Origin: a virus
Lineage: Duplodnaviria > Caudoviricetes
DNA: 41,415 bases
Reading direction: 5' to 3' (one strand)
Virus record (IMG/VR): IMGVR_UViG_3300046009_001609
Coordinates: 1-41,415 of that record
The position numbers were made by a program, and so were the translations under genes. Below the pieces are notes generated by a model. The model worked only from the letters and a program-made list of their open reading frames with translations. It did no database searches and was not told the origin of the DNA. Below, piece by piece: positions 18,536-27,183 of this stretch; the first letter of the stretch is position 1; each line of letters opens with the position of its first letter.

Positions 18536-19486
18536 TTACACCCCCACCATTTCAATGCCGAGACCGGCGTAATTAACTGCCATGAAGCCGTCAGGCATCG
18601 TGAAGACCATGTCTGGGTACGACTCAGCAACGTCTTGGGCCATGACACCCATGAAGCGGCGACCAGAACCGTTGATGTACTCGAACTCGTACAGAGGCAG
18701 CATGGTGCGCTCGTCACGGCCAACCAGCTCGATGTTCTGCTTGAGGCGGCGGTCGGAGTACTTGAATGCGGCGGTTGTGCCCGCGCCCAGCACTGTACCA
18801 AAGAGTTCTGCCTCAGCCGCTTGACCAGCGTTGAACTGATTTACTTGGTTGTTGAGCACAGTACCCATCGTGTTGCCAGCTTGCGCCATGCCAGTCATAG
18901 CCTGTGAGCCGGGAGCCATGGATGTGTTGATACCTGCGGAGCCTGCAGAAGTTGCTCCGCCGTAAGCGGCGTTTGCTGCACCAGCAAGGCCACGGCCAAG
19001 GCCAGTGACTTCAAGACGGCGGGCGTAGCCCATCTGCTCGGCTTGACTGCGTGCGTTGGTCTGAGCACCTGCGGTAGCAGAAGCCAAGCGAAGCGCGTTG
19101 GCGTTCATGGTGGAGATGGCAGCCGTCGAGTTAGGGTTGATGCCGCGACGCGCCATCTCACGATTGCTCTGGCCTTGCGCACCTTGGAATGCTTGCTGTA
19201 CGTCGGCAGCTGCCTTCTGGGCCATCTGTGTTCGGTAGGCTTCGGTGTTGAAGTTCTGCGCATCCCTTACCAAGCCCTGCTCGAGCGGTCTGAACGTATT
19301 CACGTTGTAGTCGTAATAGTCCTTGGCCTGCGTCATCTGCTGCTGCTGCGCAGCTATCTGCTGGTTGGCAATCTGCATGGCGATAGGCTTCAACTCCCCA
19401 TACTGCTGCTTTGCAAAGGCGAGCTGCTCCGCGCCAAGCTGCTGCATTGGCGTGTAGTCTGGTGCTGGTTGCGATTTACCGCCCAT
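18536..19486 (-). CDS. Putative DNA-ejection protein with C-terminal peptidase S74-like auto-cleaving chaperone domain
   Basis: SD AGGAG; Gln/Ala/Gly-rich helices; C-terminal YSDRRLKQNI..LYEFEY..GVMAQDV..VNY. Confidence 0.8.
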   Translation of the reverse strand: MGGKSQPAPDYTPMQQLGAEQLAFAKQQYGELKPIAMQIANQQIAAQQQQMTQAKDYYDYNVNTFRPLEQGLVRDAQNFNTEAYRTQMAQKAAADVQQAFQGAQGQSNREMARRGINPNSTAAISTMNANALRLASATAGAQTNARSQAEQMGYARRLEVTGLGRGLAGAANAAYGGATSAGSAGINTSMAPGSQAMTGMAQAGNTMGTVLNNQVNQFNAGQAAEAELFGTVLGAGTTAAFKYSDRRLKQNIELVGRDERTMLPLYEFEYINGSGRRFMGVMAQDVAESYPDMVFTMPDGFMAVNYAGLGIEMVGV

Positions 19487-19489
19487 AAT

Positions 19490-19906
19490 TTACTCCTTGC
19501 GCAGCCACCGACAGGTGTCAGGCCGCATTACCAAAACGTGCATGTCGGCACCGGGGGCACCGTCTTTCATGACGAACTCTTCCTCGAAACCGAGGTGCTT
19601 GTCAAATGCCAGTATTTTAGGCTCATTTGATGGAACCATGCCAGTCAATCTTTTGAGCCCGCAGTGCCGGAACGCATAGTCGCACACCGCTTGGAACAGC
19701 GGAACGATCTGTTTGGTCTGTCGTGCGATGGCAATGTGGCACGTGGCGTTGGCCCCGTTGTAGTTGTTGATGACCACGCCAGCCAGAATTTCGTCACCAC
19801 TCACCACGCCGATGGCGTAGAAGCTGCCCCAGTCAGCACCCTGTCCAACCCGCTCGGCAACCCATGCGCCGATGCGTTCTTTCTGGTCGTAGACAAGGTG
19901 GGGCAT
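19490..19906 (-). CDS. GNAT-fold acetyltransferase-like protein
   Basis: Probable ATG at 19906. YAFRHCGLKRLTGMV..HLGFEEE resembles RimJ/RimL-type GNAT motifs; precedes internal protein genes as in other podoviruses. Confidence 0.8.
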   Translation of the reverse strand: MPHLVYDQKERIGAWVAERVGQGADWGSFYAIGVVSGDEILAGVVINNYNGANATCHIAIARQTKQIVPLFQAVCDYAFRHCGLKRLTGMVPSNEPKILAFDKHLGFEEEFVMKDGAPGADMHVLVMRPDTCRWLRKE

Positions 19907-19913
19907 GGGTGGA

Positions 19914-20327
19914 TTATGCCGTAGGCGGCGTTGGCCAGACGATGTCGAATGGGTATCCGGGCTGATCTGTGACGTCACGCAGGTCTTGGCGATAAGTCGC
20001 CCACTGGGTCTTTGTATCCAGCGTTACGTCGGGCATCTGAGTCCAGTCAGACTCAGTGAGAAGCGCGTTACGCTGCGCTCTGGCTGCAGCATCCGCTGCA
20101 GTTGGGTCTGGCACCCACTGTTTGGTGCCGTAGTCGAAGACATAAAACTCACCGGGCTTGGGTGGCATATCAACTACTTCACCGTCTTGGATGTAGTAGC
20201 TAAAACTATCCAACGTACCCTTGACGTAACCTTCGCCTACTGCTAGTTGCGCTTGTGCTAGATCGTCTGGGCACTGACATAGCCTCAATACTTGGCCAGA
20301 ACTTAATTTGTAAATGATAATGTTCAT
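19914..20327 (-). CDS. Tail fibre assembly chaperone
   Basis: RNALLTESDWTQMPD..WATYRQDLRDV..FDIVWPTPP; ATGA-coupled to the fibre gene. Confidence 0.88.
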   Translation of the reverse strand: MNIIIYKLSSGQVLRLCQCPDDLAQAQLAVGEGYVKGTLDSFSYYIQDGEVVDMPPKPGEFYVFDYGTKQWVPDPTAADAAARAQRNALLTESDWTQMPDVTLDTKTQWATYRQDLRDVTDQPGYPFDIVWPTPPTA

Positions 20328-23300
20328 CTCTTTGCGCCAATTAGTGTCAAATTAAACGTAGTAGTCCAACTAGCGCCACTAGCACCAAGTCGATCAAATC
20401 TGGTTTGCACTGAATATGTACCAGACTTGCTAGCAACCCCAGACACAGCTGGGAAGCTACCTACTGTTCCAGCCGACACAACTACAATACCATCTGGGTC
20501 GAGTATCCTCGTGTAAAAAGCAAACTCAAAAGCACCATATGAAAGCGGCGTAGATATAGTTGCAAGACAAATAACTTGTACTCCAGCAGGCACGGTAATA
20601 GTTGCTGTGCCCATTGTAGTAAACGTATTGTTGTTTGGCGTTGTGTTTACTCCTGTTACAGCCACTGGAACAGTAACAGCATTACCAGCAATCTGAAGCG
20701 TATCAACTTGCGCATCACCAATTTTTGCACTCGTAATTGCGGCGTTAGCTATATTGGCATCTGTTATGGTTGCGGTAGCGATCTTTGCGCCGGTGATTGT
20801 TGCGGTAGCGATCTTTGCACCGGTGATGGTCGCGTCTGTAATCTTAGCCGCCGTAATGGTCGCGTCTGTAATCTTAGCAGCCGTGATAGTCGCGTCGGCG
20901 ATTTTTGCACCGGTAATGGTCGCGTCTGTGATCTTAGCCGCCGTAATGGTCGCGTCAGCTATCTTGGCAGCGGTGATGGTCGCATCTGTGATCTTGGCAG
21001 CGGTGATGGTTGCATTTGCGATCTTGGCAGCCGTGACGGTCAGGTCAGCTATCTTGGCGACGTCGACTGCAAGGTTTGCGATCTTGGCGTTGCTGATCGT
21101 GCCGTTCTGGATAAACGCGTCGGTTATGTACACGCCAACAGGCACGGCCACGCCACCGATGGTGGTAGCAGTGGTGCGAACAATAAACGGCATAGCCGGT
21201 GCAACACCCGGCCCAGTTGGGTTGGCGATGTAGAACGTGTCGGCGCGTACAGCAAAAGAGCTTGAGGGCAGTGCAGTACCAGCAGTTGTGGCCAAGCCGT
21301 AACCTGACACATAGCCGTTGGTGTCGATCTTGACGGTGTACTGTGCGTACAGTTGGCCTGTCTGGGTAGCCCGGGTGCTGGCTTCGACCTGAAGTGCTGC
21401 CGTATTCGTACCCCACTGGGACTGCACTGTGTTGATTGCGCTGGAAACTGCGCTGTCGGCAGTGGTCCGCGTTGATTGCTCCAGTTGCACAGCTGCCGTG
21501 CTCTGACCAGTAGACGCTGCCACAGCCTGAATCTGGCCAGCGGTAGCGGAGTCTTGCGTTGCAAGGACATTCTGTGTCGTCTGAATGCCAGAGGCCGCTC
21601 TACCTACGCCAGCGGTCAGTGTCTGAACCTGCGCTGCATTTGCGCTGTCGCCTGTGGAACGGGCAGATTGTTCGGCTTGCACAGCAGAGTTGCTGGCCGC
21701 GCTAAGTGTGGCGACACCAGTGGTTATGGAAGCAAGAGTCTGTGTGGCAGTCGTACGAGCAACTTGCTCGTTCAGAATTGCTGCTGTGTTGGCCCCAGTG
21801 ACCGCCGTAGCTGCTGTAGCCAGTGAGGCTGTGGCCAGATTCTCGGAGGAGCTTACAGCTCTTTCTACGGCAAGACCGGCTGTACTGCTACCGACACTGG
21901 TCTGCAGCTGGTTGATCTGCGTTGCGCTGGCGCTGTCCGCAGTAGCGCGGATTTGTACTTCGGTGGCCACCGAAGCAGTGGTGTTTCCGAGTGAAGCGAC
22001 TGCAGTCGACAGCTGGCTAACCTGAGCCAGATCGCTTGTGCTTCTTACCAGCCCCTCTGTCTGCAGCGCTGCTTCTGTAGCACCAAGCTCAGCGGCCAAA
22101 AGCGATGTCTGTGATGCTTGCGCACTACTGGCAGTCACACGAGCATCTGTCTCGGTCTGCAGCCCAGCGATGTTCGCTCCAACGGAGGCTGTAAGCGACG
22201 TGTATTGGCTGAGCTGCGAGGAGTCGGCTGCGCTGCGTACCAGCGTCTCGGTCTGCAATGCAGCGGTGTTGGCTCTAAACGAAGCCGACAAGAGCGAGGT
22301 TTGGTTGGCTTGGGCGGAATCGCCCGTGACACGAGCAGAGGTTTCAACCTGAAGCCCAGCGATGTTTTCCCCGACTGACGCGGTCAGCGCTGCCGTTTGC
22401 CCAGCTTGTGAGGAGTCATTGGTGCTGCGTGTGGTCACCTCAGTCTGCAGTCCAGCGATGTTCGCGCCAACAGCTGACGTCAAAGCCGATGTTTGCGAAG
22501 CCTGTGCGGAATCCTGTGTTGCCTGTGCGTTCACCTCGGTCTGCAAGCTGGATACGTTCGCGCCTATCGCTGCTGTGAGAGCAGAAGTCTGCGCGGCTTG
22601 GGCGGAGTCGCCCGTGACACGTGCGGTGGTCTCGATCAACAGTCCAGCAATGCTCTGACCAGATGATGCGGTCAAGGCTGAAGTCTGTGCGGCTTGTGCA
22701 GAGTCTGCGCCACTGCGAAGGGTTGTTTCTGTGGTCAAACCCGCAGTGGTGGCTCCAACGGCGGAGAACAGCGACGTAACCTGTGACGATTGCGCAGAAT
22801 CACTTGTGGACCGGGCAGCGGTCTCAGCCAGCAAACCCGAGGTGGTCTCAGCTGTACGTGCCACAAGGTACGAAGTCTGCGCTATCTGTGAAGCTGAGTC
22901 GTTGGCACGAGCTTTGACCACATCCAGAAGCCCGGCTGTGTTTTGTCCTGACGACGCAAACAGCACCTGAGTCTGCGCAGCCTGTGAAGAGTCTGCTGTG
23001 GTACGCGCCACGGCCTCGTTAAACACGCCAGCAGTGAGTTCACCAGTCCGCGCAATAAGCGTCGTTGACCGCGTAGCCTCTTTCAAGTCCGCTGTTATCC
23101 GGGTATTCTCTTCAGTCTTTACCGCCGCTTGAACGCCGCTGTTCGACACAGTAAGCGTGTTAACTTCCGTGGAGAAATTCAGGTCCGCCGCTGCACGTGC
23201 ATCCTGTTCTGCCTTTACCGAAGAAATCAGTGCGCCCACATCACCAGCACTCGCTGCCGAGAGCAGGTCAATCTGGTCTTGCAGATTTTCTGCGGATACG

Positions 23301-24049
23301 TCGATTGCATTGGTACGTGCTAACGCTTCAGCTGCTATTGCGTCTGCTCGTAGGGCAGCTTCTTCGCCCAGCAAATACGCGACAGAGTTGGCAAGCGTAG
23401 CTGGCCCGTCAATAAGGTCGATGCGCTCACTCAGAGACGAAAAAAGCTGAGACTCAGTAATCTGGCCAGTCAGTGCCTGCAACAACAACGAGACGTCCTG
23501 ACCAGTGGTAGCCACAAGCCCGTTGACCCCACCTGCAGGGGAGGCGCTGAGGACGCCATCAACACTCTCCCACTTGATCCATAGGTGCCATACCGTAGAT
23601 GGATTGGTAGCATAAGATGAAACAGGCCCTGAAAACTGCGTGATCTCCGCAGCATCGGCAAACACAGGCACTGGGTCACCGGGGGACCGCACAACACCAT
23701 AGACATGTGTGCGCAAATGGCCGTGGCCTTGCGTGTATAACGGTTCGTCGTGTTCGATGAATATGCTGGTAATCGCAGCAGCAACCGTGAACCCAGTCGG
23801 CGTAGGTGGCGGAGTCAGATCAGGCGTCGCACCGGCTTGTGTCTTTTCTCCAGCGTCAAGCGACAGAGCTCCTGCTCTTCTGGCTGAAGACAAGTTGGCA
23901 ATGGTCACGATGCCCGAATCCACCAAGTCACGCAGCGTAACGCCACGATCCAGTGGGTCGCCCACTTTTCCAAGGTACGTCATCAATGTCTCGCGCATGC
24001 GAGCATTGAAGTTCGTCGAGTTTTCGCTGGGTATATCGTTACGGCTCAT
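20324..24049 (-). CDS. Long tail fibre / host-specificity (gpJ C-terminus, DUF1983-like) protein, 1241 aa
   Basis: N-terminal FN3-like segment, GQITESQL, long coiled-coil repeats, AQYTVKIDTNGYVSGYGL..FAVRADTF..VYITDAFIQNGTISNAKI, 10-aa repeats, short tip domain. Confidence 0.88.
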   Translation of the reverse strand: MSRNDIPSENSTNFNARMRETLMTYLGKVGDPLDRGVTLRDLVDSGIVTIANLSSARRAGALSLDAGEKTQAGATPDLTPPPTPTGFTVAAAITSIFIEHDEPLYTQGHGHLRTHVYGVVRSPGDPVPVFADAAEITQFSGPVSSYATNPSTVWHLWIKWESVDGVLSASPAGGVNGLVATTGQDVSLLLQALTGQITESQLFSSLSERIDLIDGPATLANSVAYLLGEEAALRADAIAAEALARTNAIDVSAENLQDQIDLLSAASAGDVGALISSVKAEQDARAAADLNFSTEVNTLTVSNSGVQAAVKTEENTRITADLKEATRSTTLIARTGELTAGVFNEAVARTTADSSQAAQTQVLFASSGQNTAGLLDVVKARANDSASQIAQTSYLVARTAETTSGLLAETAARSTSDSAQSSQVTSLFSAVGATTAGLTTETTLRSGADSAQAAQTSALTASSGQSIAGLLIETTARVTGDSAQAAQTSALTAAIGANVSSLQTEVNAQATQDSAQASQTSALTSAVGANIAGLQTEVTTRSTNDSSQAGQTAALTASVGENIAGLQVETSARVTGDSAQANQTSLLSASFRANTAALQTETLVRSAADSSQLSQYTSLTASVGANIAGLQTETDARVTASSAQASQTSLLAAELGATEAALQTEGLVRSTSDLAQVSQLSTAVASLGNTTASVATEVQIRATADSASATQINQLQTSVGSSTAGLAVERAVSSSENLATASLATAATAVTGANTAAILNEQVARTTATQTLASITTGVATLSAASNSAVQAEQSARSTGDSANAAQVQTLTAGVGRAASGIQTTQNVLATQDSATAGQIQAVAASTGQSTAAVQLEQSTRTTADSAVSSAINTVQSQWGTNTAALQVEASTRATQTGQLYAQYTVKIDTNGYVSGYGLATTAGTALPSSSFAVRADTFYIANPTGPGVAPAMPFIVRTTATTIGGVAVPVGVYITDAFIQNGTISNAKIANLAVDVAKIADLTVTAAKIANATITAAKITDATITAAKIADATITAAKITDATITGAKIADATITAAKITDATITAAKITDATITGAKIATATITGAKIATATITDANIANAAITSAKIGDAQVDTLQIAGNAVTVPVAVTGVNTTPNNNTFTTMGTATITVPAGVQVICLATISTPLSYGAFEFAFYTRILDPDGIVVVSAGTVGSFPAVSGVASKSGTYSVQTRFDRLGASGASWTTTFNLTLIGAKR
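20681..21100 (-). repeat. 14 x 30-nt coding tandem repeat (TITAAKI[AT]DA)
   Basis: 420 nt = 14 ten-residue units; central units are near-identical in DNA. Confidence 0.95.
21389..23212 (-). repeat. 19 x 96-nt degenerate coding repeat (32-aa unit, xExxxRxxxD...)
   Basis: AEQDAR to VEASTR spans 1824 nt = 19 x 96; near-identical 27-nt copies at 22307 and 22595 are 288 nt apart. Confidence 0.9.
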
Positions 24050-25704
24050 ACGTCGGCGAGCTCCTTCTTACTGCTGGCAACAGCTACGCCTTGAATTGCA
24101 TTGGTACCTTCTACCTCGACTTGGTAGTCGAACGCCCGGTATCCAGAAGGCAGCCAGAACGGCGAACGACTCTGTACCGTTTCAGTATGCTTGAGAACAC
24201 CGTCCGCATACAAGCGAAATGTGACTGGGTACGCGCTGGCAACCACTTCAGCAGCGCCATAGTTGAGCGGGAACCCTTGCTTGTAAACTTTGCTCTTGGC
24301 GCGGTAAGTCATGAACGTAGACCCTGCGTCCCACTTCTTCACGTTTACGCCGTCCAGAACGTACAGCTGGTCACGCAGCTCGTCAAAGTACATGCCGGAG
24401 TAACCGGTGTCCATGAAGTAGATACCCTGTGGGTTACCGGGGTCGATGAAGAACCCTTTGCGGCCAGTGCCGTCGTCGTAGCTGCCGAAGTACAAACCTT
24501 CGTACATACAGCCGATGATGGAACTGGGGACCAGCGCCTGCCAGTCCTCGCGCAGCATGATGCCAGCCGTGAGAATACGGGGGCCACCAGAGCCCAGCCA
24601 GCACAAGCCGTCTTCCGACGCCCACGCGACACCGGAGCCCATGCTCACAATGGATTGAGACGATACGCAGCCTTGCGGCATTTCCACACGCTGCTGATCC
24701 AAGCCGTCAGGCGTAGAGCCATTGACAAGCACGGGGCGGGAGGTGGTCAACACCAGCATAGTTTGCCCGAATACGCCGATACCTACGGGTTTGCCGTCTG
24801 GCGGCACAACGTCATAAGCTGCGGGCCAAGCGTACGGAACGTACGGCTCACACACGCGCACAGAGTTACCCACGATGCCAGCCAACATGCCATTCCACAT
24901 GGGCGTCAAGAACGTCATGGTTGGCTCAGTGGTGTTGGCGATCCCACCAGTAGGCACGCCGGGAGCAGGTAGCCACGTGCTTGTCGTAAGCAGTTCGCTG
25001 ATCGCTCGGTTGTCGTCGGTCGTCGTCGACGTGCCAATGGTTATCTCACGCAAGAAGTAGAAGTCAGCATTGGCTGACGAATCACTTTGCGTTTTGTAGA
25101 TGCGAATGGCTGTGATGTTGTAGTTGCCAGCTGGCGGCGCAGCAAAAGAACTTATGGCTGTACTGCCTTGGTTATCCCGAGTAACCTCTACGCTTACAGG
25201 CGACGTAGCTGATTCCCAGCCCAAGTCGTTGACGTAGGTGTAGACATAGAAATATGTCTCGACTGTAGGGGTTGTCGCGCCTGAGTTCGTGCCCACAACA
25301 GTTGGAGCCGTAACCGGGGCAGGCAGGCCCATCGGCCTAGTGACCGATGGATTGATTTGAGGGTCTGCGCCGTCCAGTGCCAGATTATTGGTGAACTTGG
25401 GTGCGCCGTCGCCAGTAAAGTACGTCTGCTCAGTGGTGTCGTTTGAAGAAAAACCACGGACAGCGTGGACAACACCAGTCCACGACAACCAGTACTGGCT
25501 GTCAGTGGCTACATCCCGCCCCATGCGGTAGATTGTTTGCCGACCGGATGGCACAGTGGCCACAGTAGAGGGGTTGCGCCAAGAGCGCAAATCTCCCCGA
25601 CCGGGCTTCTGGTTGATAGACGTGGTGAGGACCGAATCGGGCAAGAGCTTTGGCTCGACCGCTCGGTTTTCGCCGAGGAAACCTGCGAACCGAAAGATTG
25701 CCAT
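24046..25704 (-). CDS. Putative tail nozzle / head-closure (stabilisation) protein, 552 aa
   Basis: Beta-rich sequence with GCVSSQSIV..VAWASEDGL motif as in podovirus nozzle-type proteins; directly upstream of the fibre gene. Confidence 0.7.
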   Translation of the reverse strand: MAIFRFAGFLGENRAVEPKLLPDSVLTTSINQKPGRGDLRSWRNPSTVATVPSGRQTIYRMGRDVATDSQYWLSWTGVVHAVRGFSSNDTTEQTYFTGDGAPKFTNNLALDGADPQINPSVTRPMGLPAPVTAPTVVGTNSGATTPTVETYFYVYTYVNDLGWESATSPVSVEVTRDNQGSTAISSFAAPPAGNYNITAIRIYKTQSDSSANADFYFLREITIGTSTTTDDNRAISELLTTSTWLPAPGVPTGGIANTTEPTMTFLTPMWNGMLAGIVGNSVRVCEPYVPYAWPAAYDVVPPDGKPVGIGVFGQTMLVLTTSRPVLVNGSTPDGLDQQRVEMPQGCVSSQSIVSMGSGVAWASEDGLCWLGSGGPRILTAGIMLREDWQALVPSSIIGCMYEGLYFGSYDDGTGRKGFFIDPGNPQGIYFMDTGYSGMYFDELRDQLYVLDGVNVKKWDAGSTFMTYRAKSKVYKQGFPLNYGAAEVVASAYPVTFRLYADGVLKHTETVQSRSPFWLPSGYRAFDYQVEVEGTNAIQGVAVASSKKELADV

Positions 25705-25705
25705 A

Positions 25706-26530
25706 TCACACCATCCGTTTGAATGTCACCGTGCCGATTGTTTGTGTGCTGCCAACAGATGCCACAGAAAGCGCAGTGCCTGCATCGGATGCACCAGCGA
25801 CGGTGACCAGATACTCTTGCGACGAACCGGCGCTAGGCTTGACCACGTCGCCAAGGCCATAAGCTGTCAGGTTGGCGAATGTGCGCACACCAGCGATACA
25901 CACGAACACAGCGCCGTCGGTAAACTGGGTGCCAACTGTGTCGTTGGTCAAGAACGCTGTAGCAGCTGAAGTAGTTCCGCCTGTGATAACCAAGAACTCT
26001 TTGAGCGACGTTGCGCTGGGGCGCACGATCTGACCAGCGGTGTAAGCCGTGGCCGCGCTTGGGTACGTCAGCAGTGTAGGGAACTTGGGGATCGTGCGGA
26101 ACGTGACCGTGCCGTCAGTGGTTGTGCTGCCATCGGTCAAAACCCAGTTTGGCTCTGTAGCCACGTTGGCAGTAGTTCCAGCGGCGGTCACCACGAACAT
26201 CTTCGCAATCGCGCCAGAGTAACCTGTGGGAGGCGACACGGAAGCCACACGCGTGCCAAGTGTCAGCGCGGTGTTCTGAGGGCGTGACAAATAGCCTTCG
26301 ACGTTGATCGTCGTGCCGGTAGCAGACCAGTTAGTCTTGGACACGATACCGTTGGTAGACGCAGAACCAGCAAGAAGTTCGCCGATAGACAGCGTGCCAG
26401 TGTTGCCTGCAGCGCCGCCAGACAGTATCAACAGGTTTGCATCGGTTTCTTCGGGGTAGCCCGGAACGTCAACAGTGGTGGTGTACGTGATGCTTCGCGT
26501 AAAGGATACGCGGCGGGTGTTCTTGGGCAT
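25706..26530 (-). CDS. Putative virion protein with three CBM5/12-like repeats, 274 aa
   Basis: SD AGGAG; three units of TA[YL]xxGxxV..[FY]xVxxxGxx..GxxxTxG. Confidence 0.65.
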   Translation of the reverse strand: MPKNTRRVSFTRSITYTTTVDVPGYPEETDANLLILSGGAAGNTGTLSIGELLAGSASTNGIVSKTNWSATGTTINVEGYLSRPQNTALTLGTRVASVSPPTGYSGAIAKMFVVTAAGTTANVATEPNWVLTDGSTTTDGTVTFRTIPKFPTLLTYPSAATAYTAGQIVRPSATSLKEFLVITGGTTSAATAFLTNDTVGTQFTDGAVFVCIAGVRTFANLTAYGLGDVVKPSAGSSQEYLVTVAGASDAGTALSVASVGSTQTIGTVTFKRMV

Positions 26531-26550
26531 GGTGGGCTCCTGCGACTAGG

Positions 26551-27183
26551 TTACGCCAGATTGTAATTGGGATTGGTTAAAAGGGCCAGAGCTTGGTCTG
26601 TGTGCTTGATTCGGTCATCTAGGCCGATTGTGCCACCGTTGATCTTCTTGGTCAGTGCCAGATTATTCCCGGTCTCAGCAATGGCGTTCAGCTTCTGGGT
26701 GCTCCAGAACCAGCCAGCTGTCAGCGCAGCGTACTGCGGTGTGGCCACCAGATCGGGCTCCATGATGAAGTCCACGCCCAGCCCCTTGCTTGCGTGGTAG
26801 TAATTCGCCGAGCCAGTCAACTGCAAAATTCCGCGACCGCGAAAACGCCAGCCATCCCCGGATGCTTCGTCACGGTTGTTCATGCGGTTGCCGTAGATGC
26901 GGTTCGCAATACGCTTAGGCTGACGCTCGTAGGCAGCGGCTTCTTCTGGCGTGAAGCCCCATGTGCGCTTGGGCGTACGTGGGAACAGCTTGAGCAGCGT
27001 GGCAGCGCGGTAGTTCAGGTTCTCCTCAAGCACGCGGAAGTTGCCGCTCTCGTGCCCGCACTGACCAATGAAGGCTGCCTGCTGGCGTGGCGTGAGGATG
27101 CCAAAGCGCTCAAAAGTCTCGTTGAGCGGATCAGCCCACTTGGGATCAATGTGTAGTTGTTTGAGCTGCTCAGGGGTTACCAT
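26551..27183 (-). CDS. Endolysin, glycoside hydrolase family 19
   Basis: FIGQCGHESG..EENLNY, DGWRFRGRGILQLTG, TKKINGG. Confidence 0.93.
   Translation of the reverse strand: MVTPEQLKQLHIDPKWADPLNETFERFGILTPRQQAAFIGQCGHESGNFRVLEENLNYRAATLLKLFPRTPKRTWGFTPEEAAAYERQPKRIANRIYGNRMNNRDEASGDGWRFRGRGILQLTGSANYYHASKGLGVDFIMEPDLVATPQYAALTAGWFWSTQKLNAIAETGNNLALTKKINGGTIGLDDRIKHTDQALALLTNPNYNLA

Noticed and set aside
20681-21100. 30-nt repeats as a possible CRISPR array, given the Cas4-like gene
   Set aside because: The repeats are head-to-tail without unique spacers, vary mostly at synonymous sites and lie in frame within a fibre gene.
26528-26540. Kozak-like GCCCACCATG here and at 36693-36702
   Set aside because: Both starts have normal SD-like sequences upstream and the genome is clearly a bacteriophage; likely coincidental spacers.
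26551-27183. GH19 gene as a true chitinase (auxiliary metabolic gene)
   Set aside because: It adjoins the spanin genes, and phage GH19 proteins of this type are established endolysins.
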